Shown here: in pieces, positions 29,412-39,134 of the stretch
Layout: every line of letters starts with the position of its first letter
How positions within the stretch are numbered: the stretch's first letter is position 1
Assembly: GCA_903885565.1 (NCBI GenBank)
Contig: CAISJI010000159.1
Location: 10,514 to 74,513 of the forward strand
Direction: 5' to 3'
Length of the DNA: 64,000 nucleotides
DNA from: an uncultured Planctomycetaceae bacterium
GTDB taxonomy: Bacteria; Planctomycetota; Planctomycetia; Pirellulales; UBA1268
Notes under the pieces: generated by a model
What the model was told of the DNA's origin: nothing
The model's input: only the letters and a program-made list of their open reading frames with translations
The model's database searches: none
Made by a program: the position numbers and the translations under genes

Positions 29412-29707
29412 GGCTTCTCCGCATCGGGACAGGTGCAGGTGAACTGACCGCAGCCGGGACACCCAGTGCCATATTTCTTGGCCACGGCCGCTTCGAGATC
29501 GACATTGACGACATTGGCGATGGTGGCCAGCCAGGCCAGCACATCGGCGAACTCCAGGGCGATCTCCTCGTGGGTGCCGCTGCGCAGGGAGGTGGCCAGT
29601 TCGCCGATCTCCTCGGTGAGCCACATGAAGGTGCCCTCGACCCCGCGGGTCGCGTCCTTGTCGTGGTACATGGCGCGGATCAGCGTCTGGAATTCATGGA
29701 GTGTCAT
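29408..29707 (-). CDS. MazG-like nucleotide pyrophosphohydrolase domain protein (99 aa) with a Cys-rich C-terminal tail
   Basis: MTLHEFQTLIRAMYHDKD...FMWLTEEIGELATSL...ALEFADVLAWLATIAN is the EExxE/D-type four-helix MazG pattern. The tail is KYGTGCPGCGQFTCTCP. ATG 29707; the TGA overlaps the next ATG (ATGA at 29408-29411). Confidence 0.7.
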   Translation of the reverse strand: MTLHEFQTLIRAMYHDKDATRGVEGTFMWLTEEIGELATSLRSGTHEEIALEFADVLAWLATIANVVNVDLEAAVAKKYGTGCPGCGQFTCTCPDAEKP

Positions 29708-29744
29708 CGGAAGCTCGTGTTCCCCAAAAAGATTTGCTCTGGTT

Positions 29745-32700
29745 TTACACAGGCCGGCCACTTGGTGCGACCGGCGCCTGCACCGCCGGGGCAAACCATG
29801 GATAGATTGCCGGCACCACCACCGCCGTCAGTAGCGTGGAGGTGATAATCCCGCCGATCACGACCGTGGCCAGCGGCCGCTGGATTTCCGCCCCGGCGCT
29901 CTCCGCCAGCGCCATCGGCAGGAATCCCAAACTGGCGACCAAGGCTGTCATCAACACCGGCCTGATCCGGACCTCGGCGGTGGCAAGGGCCGCCTCGCGA
30001 GCCGAGAGCCCCCCCTTGCGGGCATGCTCTGCCCCCGACACCCACACCAGCCCGTTGAGCACCGCCACCCCAAACAGAGCGACAAATCCGACTCCTGCGG
30101 CGATCGAAAAAGGCATGCCCCGCAGCGCCAGCGCCACCACTCCCCCGGAGGCCGCCACCGGCACGGCGCAGAAAATGAGGGAGGCCAGCCGGAACGACTG
30201 GAAGCTCGTGTAGAGGAGCATGGCGATCAGGCCAAGCACCAGCGGGGTAATCAGCGCCAGCCGTCGGCCGGCCGAGAGGAGATTTTCGAAATCCCCTCCC
30301 CAGGCGATCGTGTAGCCGATCGGCAGCGGCACAGCTTGGGCCACCAGGCGCTGCGCCTCGGTGACAAATCCAGCCACATCGCGGCCGCGCACATTCGCCG
30401 AGACAAACGTGCGGCGGCGTGAGTTTTGATGCTCGATCGAGGGTGGGCACTCCTCCATCCGCACATCGGCCAGTTCACCCAGCGGTACCGGGCGGCCCCC
30501 GGTCGCCCCCACGGGAATCTGCGGCACCAGCTCCGGGTTCTCCCGCCATTGCCTTGGGAACTTCAGCGTGAGCGGATAGCGGGGCCGCCCCTCGAAGATC
30601 ACGCCAGCCTGAATGCCTCCCATCGCCGAGACGGTGCGCATCACTTCCAGCCCATCGATGCCGTGGCGGGCGAGCTGTTCGGGCCGGGCCACGATGCGCA
30701 TCGTGGGCACATTCGACTGCCAATCGGCACGCACATCGACGGCGCCAGGGATCTGCCGCAGCGTCTGTTCGATCTGCTTGCCGATCGAGCCGAGCTGGCC
30801 AAGGTCGTCGCCAAACACCAGCACCGCGACATCAGCCTTCACGCCGGCGACAAGTTCATCGACCCGCATCTCGATCGGCTGACTGAAGCCAAAATTGGCC
30901 CCCGGCACCGTCGCCGTCAGTTTTTCCGACATCCGCTCCACCAGTTCGTCGCGTGACACCGCCTGCGGCCAGGTGCGGCGGGGCTTGAGCATCACCCAAA
31001 CATCCGTCTGCTGCACGCCCATGATGTCGTTGGCAATCTCAGGGCGCCCCGTCTTGCAAAACACGGTACGCACCTCGGGAAAGGCGAGCAACTCCTGTTC
31101 AATGCGCGTCGTGAGCGGAACAGAATCCTCCAGCGTGGCGCTGGGCAACCGGGTGACCTCGACCAACAGATCCCCCTCATCGAGCCGCGGCATAAACTCC
31201 GCTCCCAGCCGCGCCGCAATCGGCACTGTCGCCGCCACCAGCGCCAAGCTTCCGAGCGTGACAACCACCGGATGGTAGACCGCCAGCCTGGCCACCGGCT
31301 GATAGGCCCAGTGAAACCACCGCATCAGCAGCGGCTCATGCTCCGGCTCCCGCTTCAGCACCGTGGCCGCCAAAACTGGCATGAGCGTCAGGGAGATGAC
31401 CAGCGACCCGGCCAGCGCAAAGAGCACGGTGAGGGCCATGGGGCGGAAGAGCTTCCCCTCCGTTCCTTCCAGAAACAGGATCGGCACATAGACAATCGCA
31501 ATGATGAGCTCGCCAAACATCGTCGGCCCCCGCACCTCGAGCGCCGCATCGGCGACCACCTGGCGTTTGTCGGCCCCCTCGGGAGCCAATCCCAGCCGGC
31601 GGACGCAGTTCTCCACCATGATCACCGAACTGTCGACCACCAGCCCAAAATCGATCGCCCCCAGGCTCATCAGGCTCGCCGAGATGCCGGTGGCCCACAT
31701 CAAATTGGCCGCGAAGAGCATCGAAAGCGGGATCGCCAGCGAGACGATGATGCCGGCCCGCACATTCCCCAGCAGCACCAGCAACACGCCCACCACCAGC
31801 AGTCCCCCCTCGGCGAGGTTGTGGAGCACAGTGTCGAGCGTGCGTGCGATGAGCTCGGAGCGGTCGTAGAGAATCTCCAGCGTCACGCCAGGGGGAAGTG
31901 TCGACTGCAGGGCGTGCAAACGCTCCTTGGCTGCGTCGACAACGCGGCGGCTGTTCTCCCCGCGCACCATCATCACCATGCCGGTGACCACTTCGCCGCG
32001 GCCATCGCGGGTGGCCGCGCCCTGCCGGGCCAGCGGGGCGATGGTCACCTCGGCGATGTTGCGGATCAGCACCGGCACGCCCCCGGGGGGACTGCGCACC
32101 ACGACCTGCTCGACATCCTCCAGACTGCCGAGCAACGAACTGCCCCGGATGAAACGCTGCTCGCCGTTGGTGACGATGTACCCGCCGCCGGTGCTGTCGT
32201 TGTTGCGTTCCAGCGCCGCCAGCACCTCACCCAGTGAAATTTCCTGCGCGCTGAGGCGATCGGGATCGACCCGCACCTCGTAGCTCTTGGCATAGCCCCC
32301 GTGGCTGTTGATATCGGTGACGCCGGACACCTCGCGCATGGCGGGGCCGATATCCCACTCCAGCACGCTGCGCAGATCCATCAGATTCTGCCCCGAGCCC
32401 CGCACCTCAAACTGCAGAATCTCGCCCAGGGCCGTGCTGAGCGTGCCGAGCTGGGGCTCGCCGTGGGCCAAGGCCATGCGCCCCTTCGCCTCCGGGAGCC
32501 GTTCGGCCACCAGCTGACGGGCTCGAAAGATGTCGGTGCCCTCGTGAAACACGACCGTCACCAGCGAGATGCCAAACCGGGAGACGCTGCGCACCTCCTC
32601 CACGCCAGGCAGGCCGCTGACGGCCAGCTCCACCGGATAGGTCACATAGCGTTCCACCTCCAGCGGCGAGAGGGTGCCCGATTCGGTCACCACCTGCACC

Positions 32701-32837
32701 TGCACGTTGACCAGATCGGGCACCGCATCGACCGGAATCCGCGTGGCGGCATAGAGCCCGCCTGCGGCCATTAAGAAAAACAGCGCCACCACCAACGCCC
32801 GGTTGGAAAGCGACCATCTGATCAAACCTGCAAGCAC
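29745..32837 (-). CDS. CusA/CzcA-family heavy-metal efflux RND transporter (inner-membrane pump)
   Basis: The ~1030-aa 12-TM RND pattern aligns with the E. coli CusA N-terminus (VLAGLIRWSLSNRALV vs MIEWIIRRSVANRFLV) when started at GTG 32837, which has AGAGG 6 nt upstream. The track start at 32885 is also GTG. TAA 29745-29747. Confidence 0.9.
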   Translation of the reverse strand: MLAGLIRWSLSNRALVVALFFLMAAGGLYAATRIPVDAVPDLVNVQVQVVTESGTLSPLEVERYVTYPVELAVSGLPGVEEVRSVSRFGISLVTVVFHEGTDIFRARQLVAERLPEAKGRMALAHGEPQLGTLSTALGEILQFEVRGSGQNLMDLRSVLEWDIGPAMREVSGVTDINSHGGYAKSYEVRVDPDRLSAQEISLGEVLAALERNNDSTGGGYIVTNGEQRFIRGSSLLGSLEDVEQVVVRSPPGGVPVLIRNIAEVTIAPLARQGAATRDGRGEVVTGMVMMVRGENSRRVVDAAKERLHALQSTLPPGVTLEILYDRSELIARTLDTVLHNLAEGGLLVVGVLLVLLGNVRAGIIVSLAIPLSMLFAANLMWATGISASLMSLGAIDFGLVVDSSVIMVENCVRRLGLAPEGADKRQVVADAALEVRGPTMFGELIIAIVYVPILFLEGTEGKLFRPMALTVLFALAGSLVISLTLMPVLAATVLKREPEHEPLLMRWFHWAYQPVARLAVYHPVVVTLGSLALVAATVPIAARLGAEFMPRLDEGDLLVEVTRLPSATLEDSVPLTTRIEQELLAFPEVRTVFCKTGRPEIANDIMGVQQTDVWVMLKPRRTWPQAVSRDELVERMSEKLTATVPGANFGFSQPIEMRVDELVAGVKADVAVLVFGDDLGQLGSIGKQIEQTLRQIPGAVDVRADWQSNVPTMRIVARPEQLARHGIDGLEVMRTVSAMGGIQAGVIFEGRPRYPLTLKFPRQWRENPELVPQIPVGATGGRPVPLGELADVRMEECPPSIEHQNSRRRTFVSANVRGRDVAGFVTEAQRLVAQAVPLPIGYTIAWGGDFENLLSAGRRLALITPLVLGLIAMLLYTSFQSFRLASLIFCAVPVAASGGVVALALRGMPFSIAAGVGFVALFGVAVLNGLVWVSGAEHARKGGLSAREAALATAEVRIRPVLMTALVASLGFLPMALAESAGAEIQRPLATVVIGGIITSTLLTAVVVPAIYPWFAPAVQAPVAPSGRPV

Positions 32838-32959
32838 TCCAAACCTCTGTCTTTCATGCCCCCTTGCGGGCCGGCACAGCCTCACCCGCGGCGCTCGAGC
32901 AGATGCCTGTCAGGCCTCGGCGACTGGCTCACGGCCCGGCCCGACTGCTCCCCACGCCA

Positions 32960-34582
32960 CTATTCAGCAGGCCGGTCCTCCCGGTCGAGCAACAGTTCAC
33001 TCTTTAAGACGAAGGCGCCCTGCGAAACCACCTCTTCTCCCTCTTTCAGCCCGCTGGTGATCTCGATCAGGGGCCCGTTCTCCGCCCCCGTGACGACATC
33101 GGCGCAGCGAAACCGACCTTTCCCCTGAGGCACAAACACAAAGGCTCGGGCCTCATGGCGCATCACGGCGGTGGCGGGCACGGTGAGCCCATCCTTGAGG
33201 CCCCCCTGCGGCAGATCGACCCAGACAAACATCCCCGGCTTGTAGTGGGCATCGTCGTTCTTGAGTTCAGCCACCAGCGGCACGCTGCGCGATTCCGCCT
33301 CCACGATCGCTCCCACATGCTGCACCACAGCCGTTGTGTCATGGCTGTCGGCGCCCGGCACGTTGACGCGCACCTGCTGCCCCTCCGCCACGTCCACTGC
33401 CGTCCACTCCCGCTCATGGATCTGGGCCCGTACCCAGAGCGTGGAGGTGTCGGCCACGACAAACATCTTGTCGCCCACGCGCACCCGCTCACCCCGGGCG
33501 ATGAACACATCCTCGATCATCCCCCCGATCGGCGTGCGGAGCACCAGCGAGCTGATCGAACTGGTATCGCCAGGACTTTCCGCTGCCTCGGCGGCCACAT
33601 CCGCAGCAGCTTTCTCGGCAGGAATGTCGTTCCCCAAACGGCTCCCCACCAGCATCCGCAGGTGTTCCCGGGAGATCTGGACCAACCGGTCGGCCTGCTC
33701 GAGGCTGGCCCGGGCCCGCTCGCGGTCCTGGCGGGTCATGAACCGGGCCTCCTCGCAGGCGGCGATGAAGTTTGCCTTGGCAACCTCCAGATTGCTCGTG
33801 CGCTCCTCGATGATGCGGCCCGAGAGCACGCCCCCCTCGCTGAGCGATCTCGTGCTGGCATTCACCTTTTCCACAAACAGCAGTTTTGAATACGATCCCA
33901 GCAGTTTCTCGCGGTAGTTGCCCAGCACCCGGTCCTGAAACTGCTGCTCGACCTGGGCCAGCGGTGGCTCGGTAGCCAGTGTCTCCAGCAACGACTCGAC
34001 ATTATCGGCGATGGTGGTGCTCCACTCGGCCGACTTCCGCTCGATGAGTCGATCATCCTCGCGGCGTCTGACATCATCCCGCGCCATGCCAACATCAGGG
34101 CTCGAGAGTTCCACCAGTGGATCGCCGGCTACCACTTTCTGTCGCACCTGCACCAGCATCCGCGAGACGATCCCATCCACCGGCGAGGCATAGTCGAGAC
34201 GCTGGCGGGCGTCGTAGTCGATGCGGCCCGGCACCGTGAGGTGGTCGCGCAGCGGGAGTTTTTGGACCGTGGCAAACCCGATGTTGGCAGCAACCTGCGC
34301 CGATTCGGAGAGCATCACGATCTGACTCTGGCCCGGGCCCCCCACCGCCCCTGCCTGCACTGGGGGGGCTGGTTCGGCGGGGGAATGATCTCCGCCACCG
34401 CTGATGTGGTGGGTCGACAACCACCACCACGCCGCAGCCCCTGCCACCAGCAGAGCCACGCCGCCCACGCTGCGCCGGGCCGCTCCCCCCCACGACTGCC
34501 CTCCGCCCCGGGGCGTCAGTGGCCCGTGTGGGGTCGCTGCCTGCGCAGCGGGCTGACCATGAGCGGGGGCTGGGGCGGACAT
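32960..34582 (-). CDS. Efflux RND periplasmic adaptor (membrane fusion protein)
   Basis: ATG 34582. TM/anchor VGGVALLVAGAAAWWWL. The lipoyl-like block PVDGIVSRMLVQVRQKVVAGDPLVELSSPDV, a long coiled-coil hairpin, and beta-barrel and C-terminal blocks (GMFVWVDLP...VPATAVM) are typical of HlyD/CusB-type adaptors. Confidence 0.8.
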   Translation of the reverse strand: MSAPAPAHGQPAAQAATPHGPLTPRGGGQSWGGAARRSVGGVALLVAGAAAWWWLSTHHISGGGDHSPAEPAPPVQAGAVGGPGQSQIVMLSESAQVAANIGFATVQKLPLRDHLTVPGRIDYDARQRLDYASPVDGIVSRMLVQVRQKVVAGDPLVELSSPDVGMARDDVRRREDDRLIERKSAEWSTTIADNVESLLETLATEPPLAQVEQQFQDRVLGNYREKLLGSYSKLLFVEKVNASTRSLSEGGVLSGRIIEERTSNLEVAKANFIAACEEARFMTRQDRERARASLEQADRLVQISREHLRMLVGSRLGNDIPAEKAAADVAAEAAESPGDTSSISSLVLRTPIGGMIEDVFIARGERVRVGDKMFVVADTSTLWVRAQIHEREWTAVDVAEGQQVRVNVPGADSHDTTAVVQHVGAIVEAESRSVPLVAELKNDDAHYKPGMFVWVDLPQGGLKDGLTVPATAVMRHEARAFVFVPQGKGRFRCADVVTGAENGPLIEITSGLKEGEEVVSQGAFVLKSELLLDREDRPAE

Positions 34583-34784
34583 ACTGGCAACTCGGGAAGG
34601 GTGCGCGGAGGGACCAAAACAGATCCGGACCAAGCGCCAAACAAAACGGTCGGCGGCAGGGGCACCGCCCGCTCCAAGTCTACACAATCAGCGGAAAGGG
34701 CGGATATACTCATCTGTTTGCCCACCCGCTCCTCCGCTCCACATGCCCCGTGACTTGAGTGACGGGCCGCCCCGGAAGTCTGCC

Positions 34785-36329
34785 ATGAAGAGCCTCCGTC
34801 CAATCCGCATTTTCGACACCACGCTGCGCGATGGCGAACAGTCGCCGGGCGCAAGCATGAACCTCACCGAAAAAATGGAGGTGGCGCAGGCGCTGGTGCA
34901 ACTGGGCGTGGATGTCATTGAGGCGGGATTCCCGATCGCCTCGCCGGGCGACTTCGCCAGTGTCAGCGAGATTGCCGCCAGCGTCCGCGGGGCGATCATC
35001 TGCGGGCTGGCCCGCTGCAACGATGCCGACATCGACCGGGCGTGGGAGGCGCTGCGTCTGGCGGAGCGGGCCCGCATCCACGTGTTTCTGGCGACGAGCT
35101 CGATCCACCGCGAGTTCAAACTGCGGATGAGCGAGGACGAGGTCACCGCCCGGGCCGTGGCCGGGGTCAAACGCGCCCGCAATCTCTGCGCTGATGTGGA
35201 GTTTTCGCCGGAGGACGCCGCCCGCACCGATCTGCCGTTTCTCTGCCGCGTCGTCGAGGCAGTGATCGATGCCGGTGCGACCACAGTCAATATTCCCGAC
35301 ACCGTCGGCTATGCCACGCCGCAGCAGATGTTCCGCGTCATCCAGGGCCTGCGCACGGGGGTGCGGGGCATCGATCGGGCCGTGATCAGCGTCCACTGCC
35401 ACGACGACCTCGGGCTGGCTGTGGCCAACAGTCTGGCGGCGGTGGAGGCGGGAGCGGGGCAGGTGGAATGCACCATCAACGGTCTGGGGGAACGGGCGGG
35501 CAATTGCTCGCTGGAGGAGGTGGTGATGGCCCTGCGCACGCGGAGCGATTACTACGGCTGCGACACCCGGATCGTGACGCAAAAGCTTGTGCCGACCAGT
35601 CGCCTCGTGGCAACGATCACCGGCATTCAGGTGCCGCGCAACAAGGCGATCGTGGGCCGCAACGCTTTTGCCCATGAGGCGGGCATCCATCAGGATGGCA
35701 TGCTCAAAGACCGCAGCACATACGAAATCATGCGGCCGGAGGATGTCGGTCTGGAGCGCACCGATCTGGTGCTGGGCAAACACAGCGGCCGCGCGGCGCT
35801 GGCCGACAGGGCGAAGGCCCTCGGCTACCAGCTTTCCACGGAGCAGTTGCAGACGCTGTTTGACCGGTTCAAGGTGCTGGCCGACCGCAAGAAGGAAATC
35901 TACGACGGCGACATCGCAGCGCTGTGCGAGGATCAGTTTTCAGCGTTGCCGGAGCAGTTCACCTTCGCCGGCTACACGCTCTCCTCCGCCAGCGGCCATG
36001 CGCCCACGGTGGAATTGCGGGTGTTGCAGAATGGCGTTCCTCACACGGCAGCGGTAACGGCTGGCGACGGCCCGATCGACGGCATCTTTCTGGCGATTGA
36101 GAAGCTCACCGGCATCCAGACTGTCTGCCGCGATTTCCGCGTGCAGGCGGTGACGGTGGGCAAAGATGCGCAGGCCGAGGTGACGGTGGAACTGGAGCAT
36201 GCCGGCCAGGTGCAGCGGGGCCGGGGCGTCTCGACCGATTCGCTGGAGGCTTCCGCCAAGGCGTTTCTGGCCGCCACCAACCGCCTCGCCCTCGGCGGCC
36301 AACCCCGCATCCATCCGCAGCGGGCGTGA
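34785..36329 (+). CDS. leuA: 2-isopropylmalate synthase
   Basis: [25 protein letters not shown] (HMGL-like N-terminus), [21 protein letters not shown], and a C-terminal LeuA regulatory domain. ATG 34785, TGA 36327-36329. Confidence 0.9.
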   Translation: MKSLRPIRIFDTTLRDGEQSPGASMNLTEKMEVAQALVQLGVDVIEAGFPIASPGDFASVSEIAASVRGAIICGLARCNDADIDRAWEALRLAERARIHVFLATSSIHREFKLRMSEDEVTARAVAGVKRARNLCADVEFSPEDAARTDLPFLCRVVEAVIDAGATTVNIPDTVGYATPQQMFRVIQGLRTGVRGIDRAVISVHCHDDLGLAVANSLAAVEAGAGQVECTINGLGERAGNCSLEEVVMALRTRSDYYGCDTRIVTQKLVPTSRLVATITGIQVPRNKAIVGRNAFAHEAGIHQDGMLKDRSTYEIMRPEDVGLERTDLVLGKHSGRAALADRAKALGYQLSTEQLQTLFDRFKVLADRKKEIYDGDIAALCEDQFSALPEQFTFAGYTLSSASGHAPTVELRVLQNGVPHTAAVTAGDGPIDGIFLAIEKLTGIQTVCRDFRVQAVTVGKDAQAEVTVELEHAGQVQRGRGVSTDSLEASAKAFLAATNRLALGGQPRIHPQRA

Positions 36330-36332
36330 AGG

Positions 36333-36680
36333 CTATATCGCCTCGCGACCGCGTTCGCCGGTCCGGATGCGAACGCATTCATCCATCGGCAGCACGAAAA
36401 TCTTGCCGTCGCCGATCTCGCCGCGCTCGCCGCTGCGGCCTCCCTTGATGATTGCCGCAATGGTCGGCTCGACGAAATCGTCGTTGACGGCAATCTGCAA
36501 CTGCACCTTCCGCAGGAGGTTCACGGCGATCTCGTGGCCGCGAAACGTCTCCGCGTGCCCGCGTTGCCGGCCGAAGCCCTGCACGTCGAGCACCGTCAGG
36601 CGAAACACCTCAACCTCTGAGAGGGCCTGCTTGACGCTTTCCAGTTTGCCAGGCTGGATGATGGCAATGATGAGTTTCAC
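36333..36680 (-). CDS. glnK: P-II nitrogen regulatory protein (GlnK-type by linkage to amt)
   Basis: GTG 36680 with GGAGG upstream. (M)KLIIAIIQPGKLESVKQAL...GFGRQRGHAETFRGHEI...GDGKIFVLPMDECVRIRTGE aligns without gaps to E. coli GlnB/GlnK. TAG 36333-36335 lies 3 nt from the convergent leuA stop. Confidence 0.9.
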   Translation of the reverse strand: MKLIIAIIQPGKLESVKQALSEVEVFRLTVLDVQGFGRQRGHAETFRGHEIAVNLLRKVQLQIAVNDDFVEPTIAAIIKGGRSGERGEIGDGKIFVLPMDECVRIRTGERGREAI

Positions 36681-36993
36681 GGATGCGACCTCCTCGAGTC
36701 TGCCGGATCGTAGCGGCAGAGGGGGGGTCGCCACAACCAACCCCTATTGTACACACACTCGTTCTGCTGGTTCCCTCTGTTTTGGCCGACCCTCAGCCAC
36801 AGCAGCCCGATCGATCGCATTTTTCCCCGCACCATCCCGAAGAATGCCCCGGCCTGGGTGAGCTAGGCGGAGTGCCCACCCAAGCCGTTGGGGCATCCTT
36901 CTGGATGATCGGCCGAACGTCAGGGATACCCGGTGGAGTGTGTGCAACAAGGTGATAAAAAACCGGGGTCCCTGACGATCGACGTGGGCAAAA

Positions 36994-38574
36994 CTATTCG
37001 TTGCGGACCATCACGAAGCCGTGGTAGGCCTCGTTGCCGTGTTCGTGGATATCGAGGCCCTCAATCTCCTCCTGAGCACTCACACGCAGGCCGACCAAGA
37101 ACTTGATGAGCAGCCATGCCACTGCCGAAACCGGCACGACGTAAGCCCCCACCATCAGCACACCCACCAGCTGGGCGATGAGCTGCTTGGTGCCGCCTCC
37201 GAAAAACAGACCGGCATAGGGACCACCGGCAGCGGCAGTACCGAACGGCGTGTTGAGCACAGTTCCGGAGAGATCAGTCGTGGAGAACAGGCCCACGCAA
37301 AGCGTGCCGAAGATGCCGCACACCAGATGCACGCTGGTCGCTCCCACCGGATCATCCACACCGATCCGATCGAAGAACAGCACGGCGAAGATCACCATCA
37401 CACCGGCAATCGCCCCGATGATCAGCGAGCAGGGCACCGTGGTGTAGGCGGCACAGGCCGTGATCGACACCAGTCCGGCCAGACAGCCGTTGAGAGTCAT
37501 GCCGATGTCGGGCTTTCCGAGCATGATCCACGCGGTGAGCGTGGCAGTCAGCGTGGCAGCGGCAGCAGCCGAGTTGGTGTTGACGGCCACCAGCGCCGCC
37601 AGAGCCCCGCCGTCACCAGCCACACCCATCGTGCTGCCGGGATTGAATCCAAACCAGCCGAACCACAGCACCAGGCAGCCGATGAAGGCAGCCGTCATGT
37701 TGTGACCAGGGATGGCATTGATCTTCCCGTTCGGACCATATTTCCCGATGCGTGGGCCCAGAATGATGGCCCCCGTCAAAGCCGCCCAGCCGCCCACCGA
37801 ATGCACCACCGAGCAGCCGGCAAAGTCCCAGAAATTCCATTCCTTGGCGAGGTAGCCGAAGCCCCATATCCAGTGGCCGACGATCGGGTAGATCACCAAC
37901 GCCATGATGAAGCAGAAGATGATGAACGCGTGATACTTGATCCGCTCGGCAACAGCCCCCGACACGATCGTCGCGGCAGTCCCGGCAAACACAAGCTGGA
38001 AGAAGAACTTGGCCCACAGCGGCACGTGCGTCCAACTGATCGCCCCGTAGACACCTTGGTAGCGGTCGCCCATGAACGGACTGTTGTCAGCGCCGCCGAC
38101 ACCCCATGAGCCGGAGTTGCCAACCCAGCCACCATCCCCGGCACCGAACATCAGATCCCAGCCCAAGAACCAGAAAGCGACCGATGTGGCAGCAAAGACG
38201 ACGAAGTTCTTGGAGAGGATGTTGACGCAGTTCTTGGAGCGGGCGAAGCCGGTTTCCACGCAGCCGAACCCGAGGTTCATGAAGAATACCAACATGCTGC
38301 AGACCAACACCCAGACGGTGTCTGCTCCAGTCCAGAGCTTCTCAACCATCTGCTCCATCGACATAAGATTGGGCTGATACGGCGCGGCCGCCGCCGCAGT
38401 CGCAGCCGCGACCGCTTCCTCCTGCGCGAAACCGACCCCCGAAAACAGCGTGCCGACGCAGACGCAGGCAAGCAAGCCCGCCACAGCCATCAGCCGCGAC
38501 CGGGACGACGCGCGGGGAGATGGTTTGGGGTGCAAAAAGAGATACCGACCAACAGAACAGCTTTCAGATCGCAT
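36994..38574 (-). CDS. amt: Ammonium transporter (Amt family) with a signal peptide
   Basis: The Amt signature DFAGCSVVHSVGGWAALTGAIILGPRIGKY is present with ~11 TM segments. ATG 38574 was chosen; ATG 38490 (MAVAGLLACVCVG...) is an alternative. The track extension to 38838 looks non-coding. Confidence 0.9.
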   Translation of the reverse strand: MRSESCSVGRYLFLHPKPSPRASSRSRLMAVAGLLACVCVGTLFSGVGFAQEEAVAAATAAAAAPYQPNLMSMEQMVEKLWTGADTVWVLVCSMLVFFMNLGFGCVETGFARSKNCVNILSKNFVVFAATSVAFWFLGWDLMFGAGDGGWVGNSGSWGVGGADNSPFMGDRYQGVYGAISWTHVPLWAKFFFQLVFAGTAATIVSGAVAERIKYHAFIIFCFIMALVIYPIVGHWIWGFGYLAKEWNFWDFAGCSVVHSVGGWAALTGAIILGPRIGKYGPNGKINAIPGHNMTAAFIGCLVLWFGWFGFNPGSTMGVAGDGGALAALVAVNTNSAAAAATLTATLTAWIMLGKPDIGMTLNGCLAGLVSITACAAYTTVPCSLIIGAIAGVMVIFAVLFFDRIGVDDPVGATSVHLVCGIFGTLCVGLFSTTDLSGTVLNTPFGTAAAGGPYAGLFFGGGTKQLIAQLVGVLMVGAYVVPVSAVAWLLIKFLVGLRVSAQEEIEGLDIHEHGNEAYHGFVMVRNE

Positions 38575-38679
38575 CGTGCTCCTCCAGAAGGGGAAGGGGA
38601 AAAGATCCGGCGAGAAACGCCTCCGCAGCGTCGGACTCACCGGGCGGCAGAATCTTCTAACCGCACCCTTGCCCTGCAA

Positions 38680-38695
38680 TGCAAGGGACGTGCCG
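38680..38695 (-). promoter_or_regulatory. Sigma-54 (RpoN) -24/-12 promoter upstream of amt: CGGCACGTCCCTTGCA
   Basis: The minus-strand read of 38695..38680 matches the consensus TGGCACG-N4-TTGCA at 15 of 16 positions, with the exact GG-N10-GC spacing. It lies ~105 nt upstream of ATG 38574. GGCAC half-sites cluster 130-195 nt further upstream (38823-38890). Confidence 0.55.
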
Positions 38696-39134
38696 AAACG
38701 CAGGAAACACTTCTCAACCGCCGCTTCTCCACCGCCGCCACCAGCTGATTCACCTATAAAAACAGGCCGATTTGGCCATGAATGAAAGCTCAGAAAAAAA
38801 TCGCGTTCGGGGGCTTTCCCGAGGCGTGCCCACTCCAATCACCTGCGGAGGCACAGTTTTGAGGCACGCGATTGCCCAGCAAAGCGGCACGCCCCCCGCC
38901 ACTGGGGAAACCATCTCCCACGGCGCAGCCTCCCGCTCAACCAGATCCGCTCCGCTACGCCTTCCAACTCATGTGAGCGCATGGGGGAGAACTTGAGCGA
39001 CACCTCGGCATCTCGGGTGGGAGAGGCGAAGGGGTCGGAGAACGCTTGAGGAGCGTCGGGCCGCTGCGGCCCAAGCGACGAAACTTTTGCCGCCCCGCAG
39101 CCGGCGCGCCATGGATGTCGACCGCGTTTGAGAG

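Noticed and set aside
36951-36985. Rho-independent terminator after amt (GGGACCCCGG followed by U6 on the minus strand).
   Set aside because: I could not draw a stem of adequate length with a loop of at least 3 nt. Only the U-tract is convincing, so it is not listed as a feature.
38863-38876. A second sigma-54-like motif, GGCACGCGATTGCC, on the plus strand.
   Set aside because: The GG-to-GC spacing is 9 nt rather than 10, and it points away from any plus-strand gene. It is more likely part of the upstream activator-site cluster.
39057-39074. Hairpin GGGCCG-ctg-CGGCCC downstream of the RluA-family gene as a terminator.
   Set aside because: The 3-nt loop is at the steric minimum and no U-tract follows on the minus strand.
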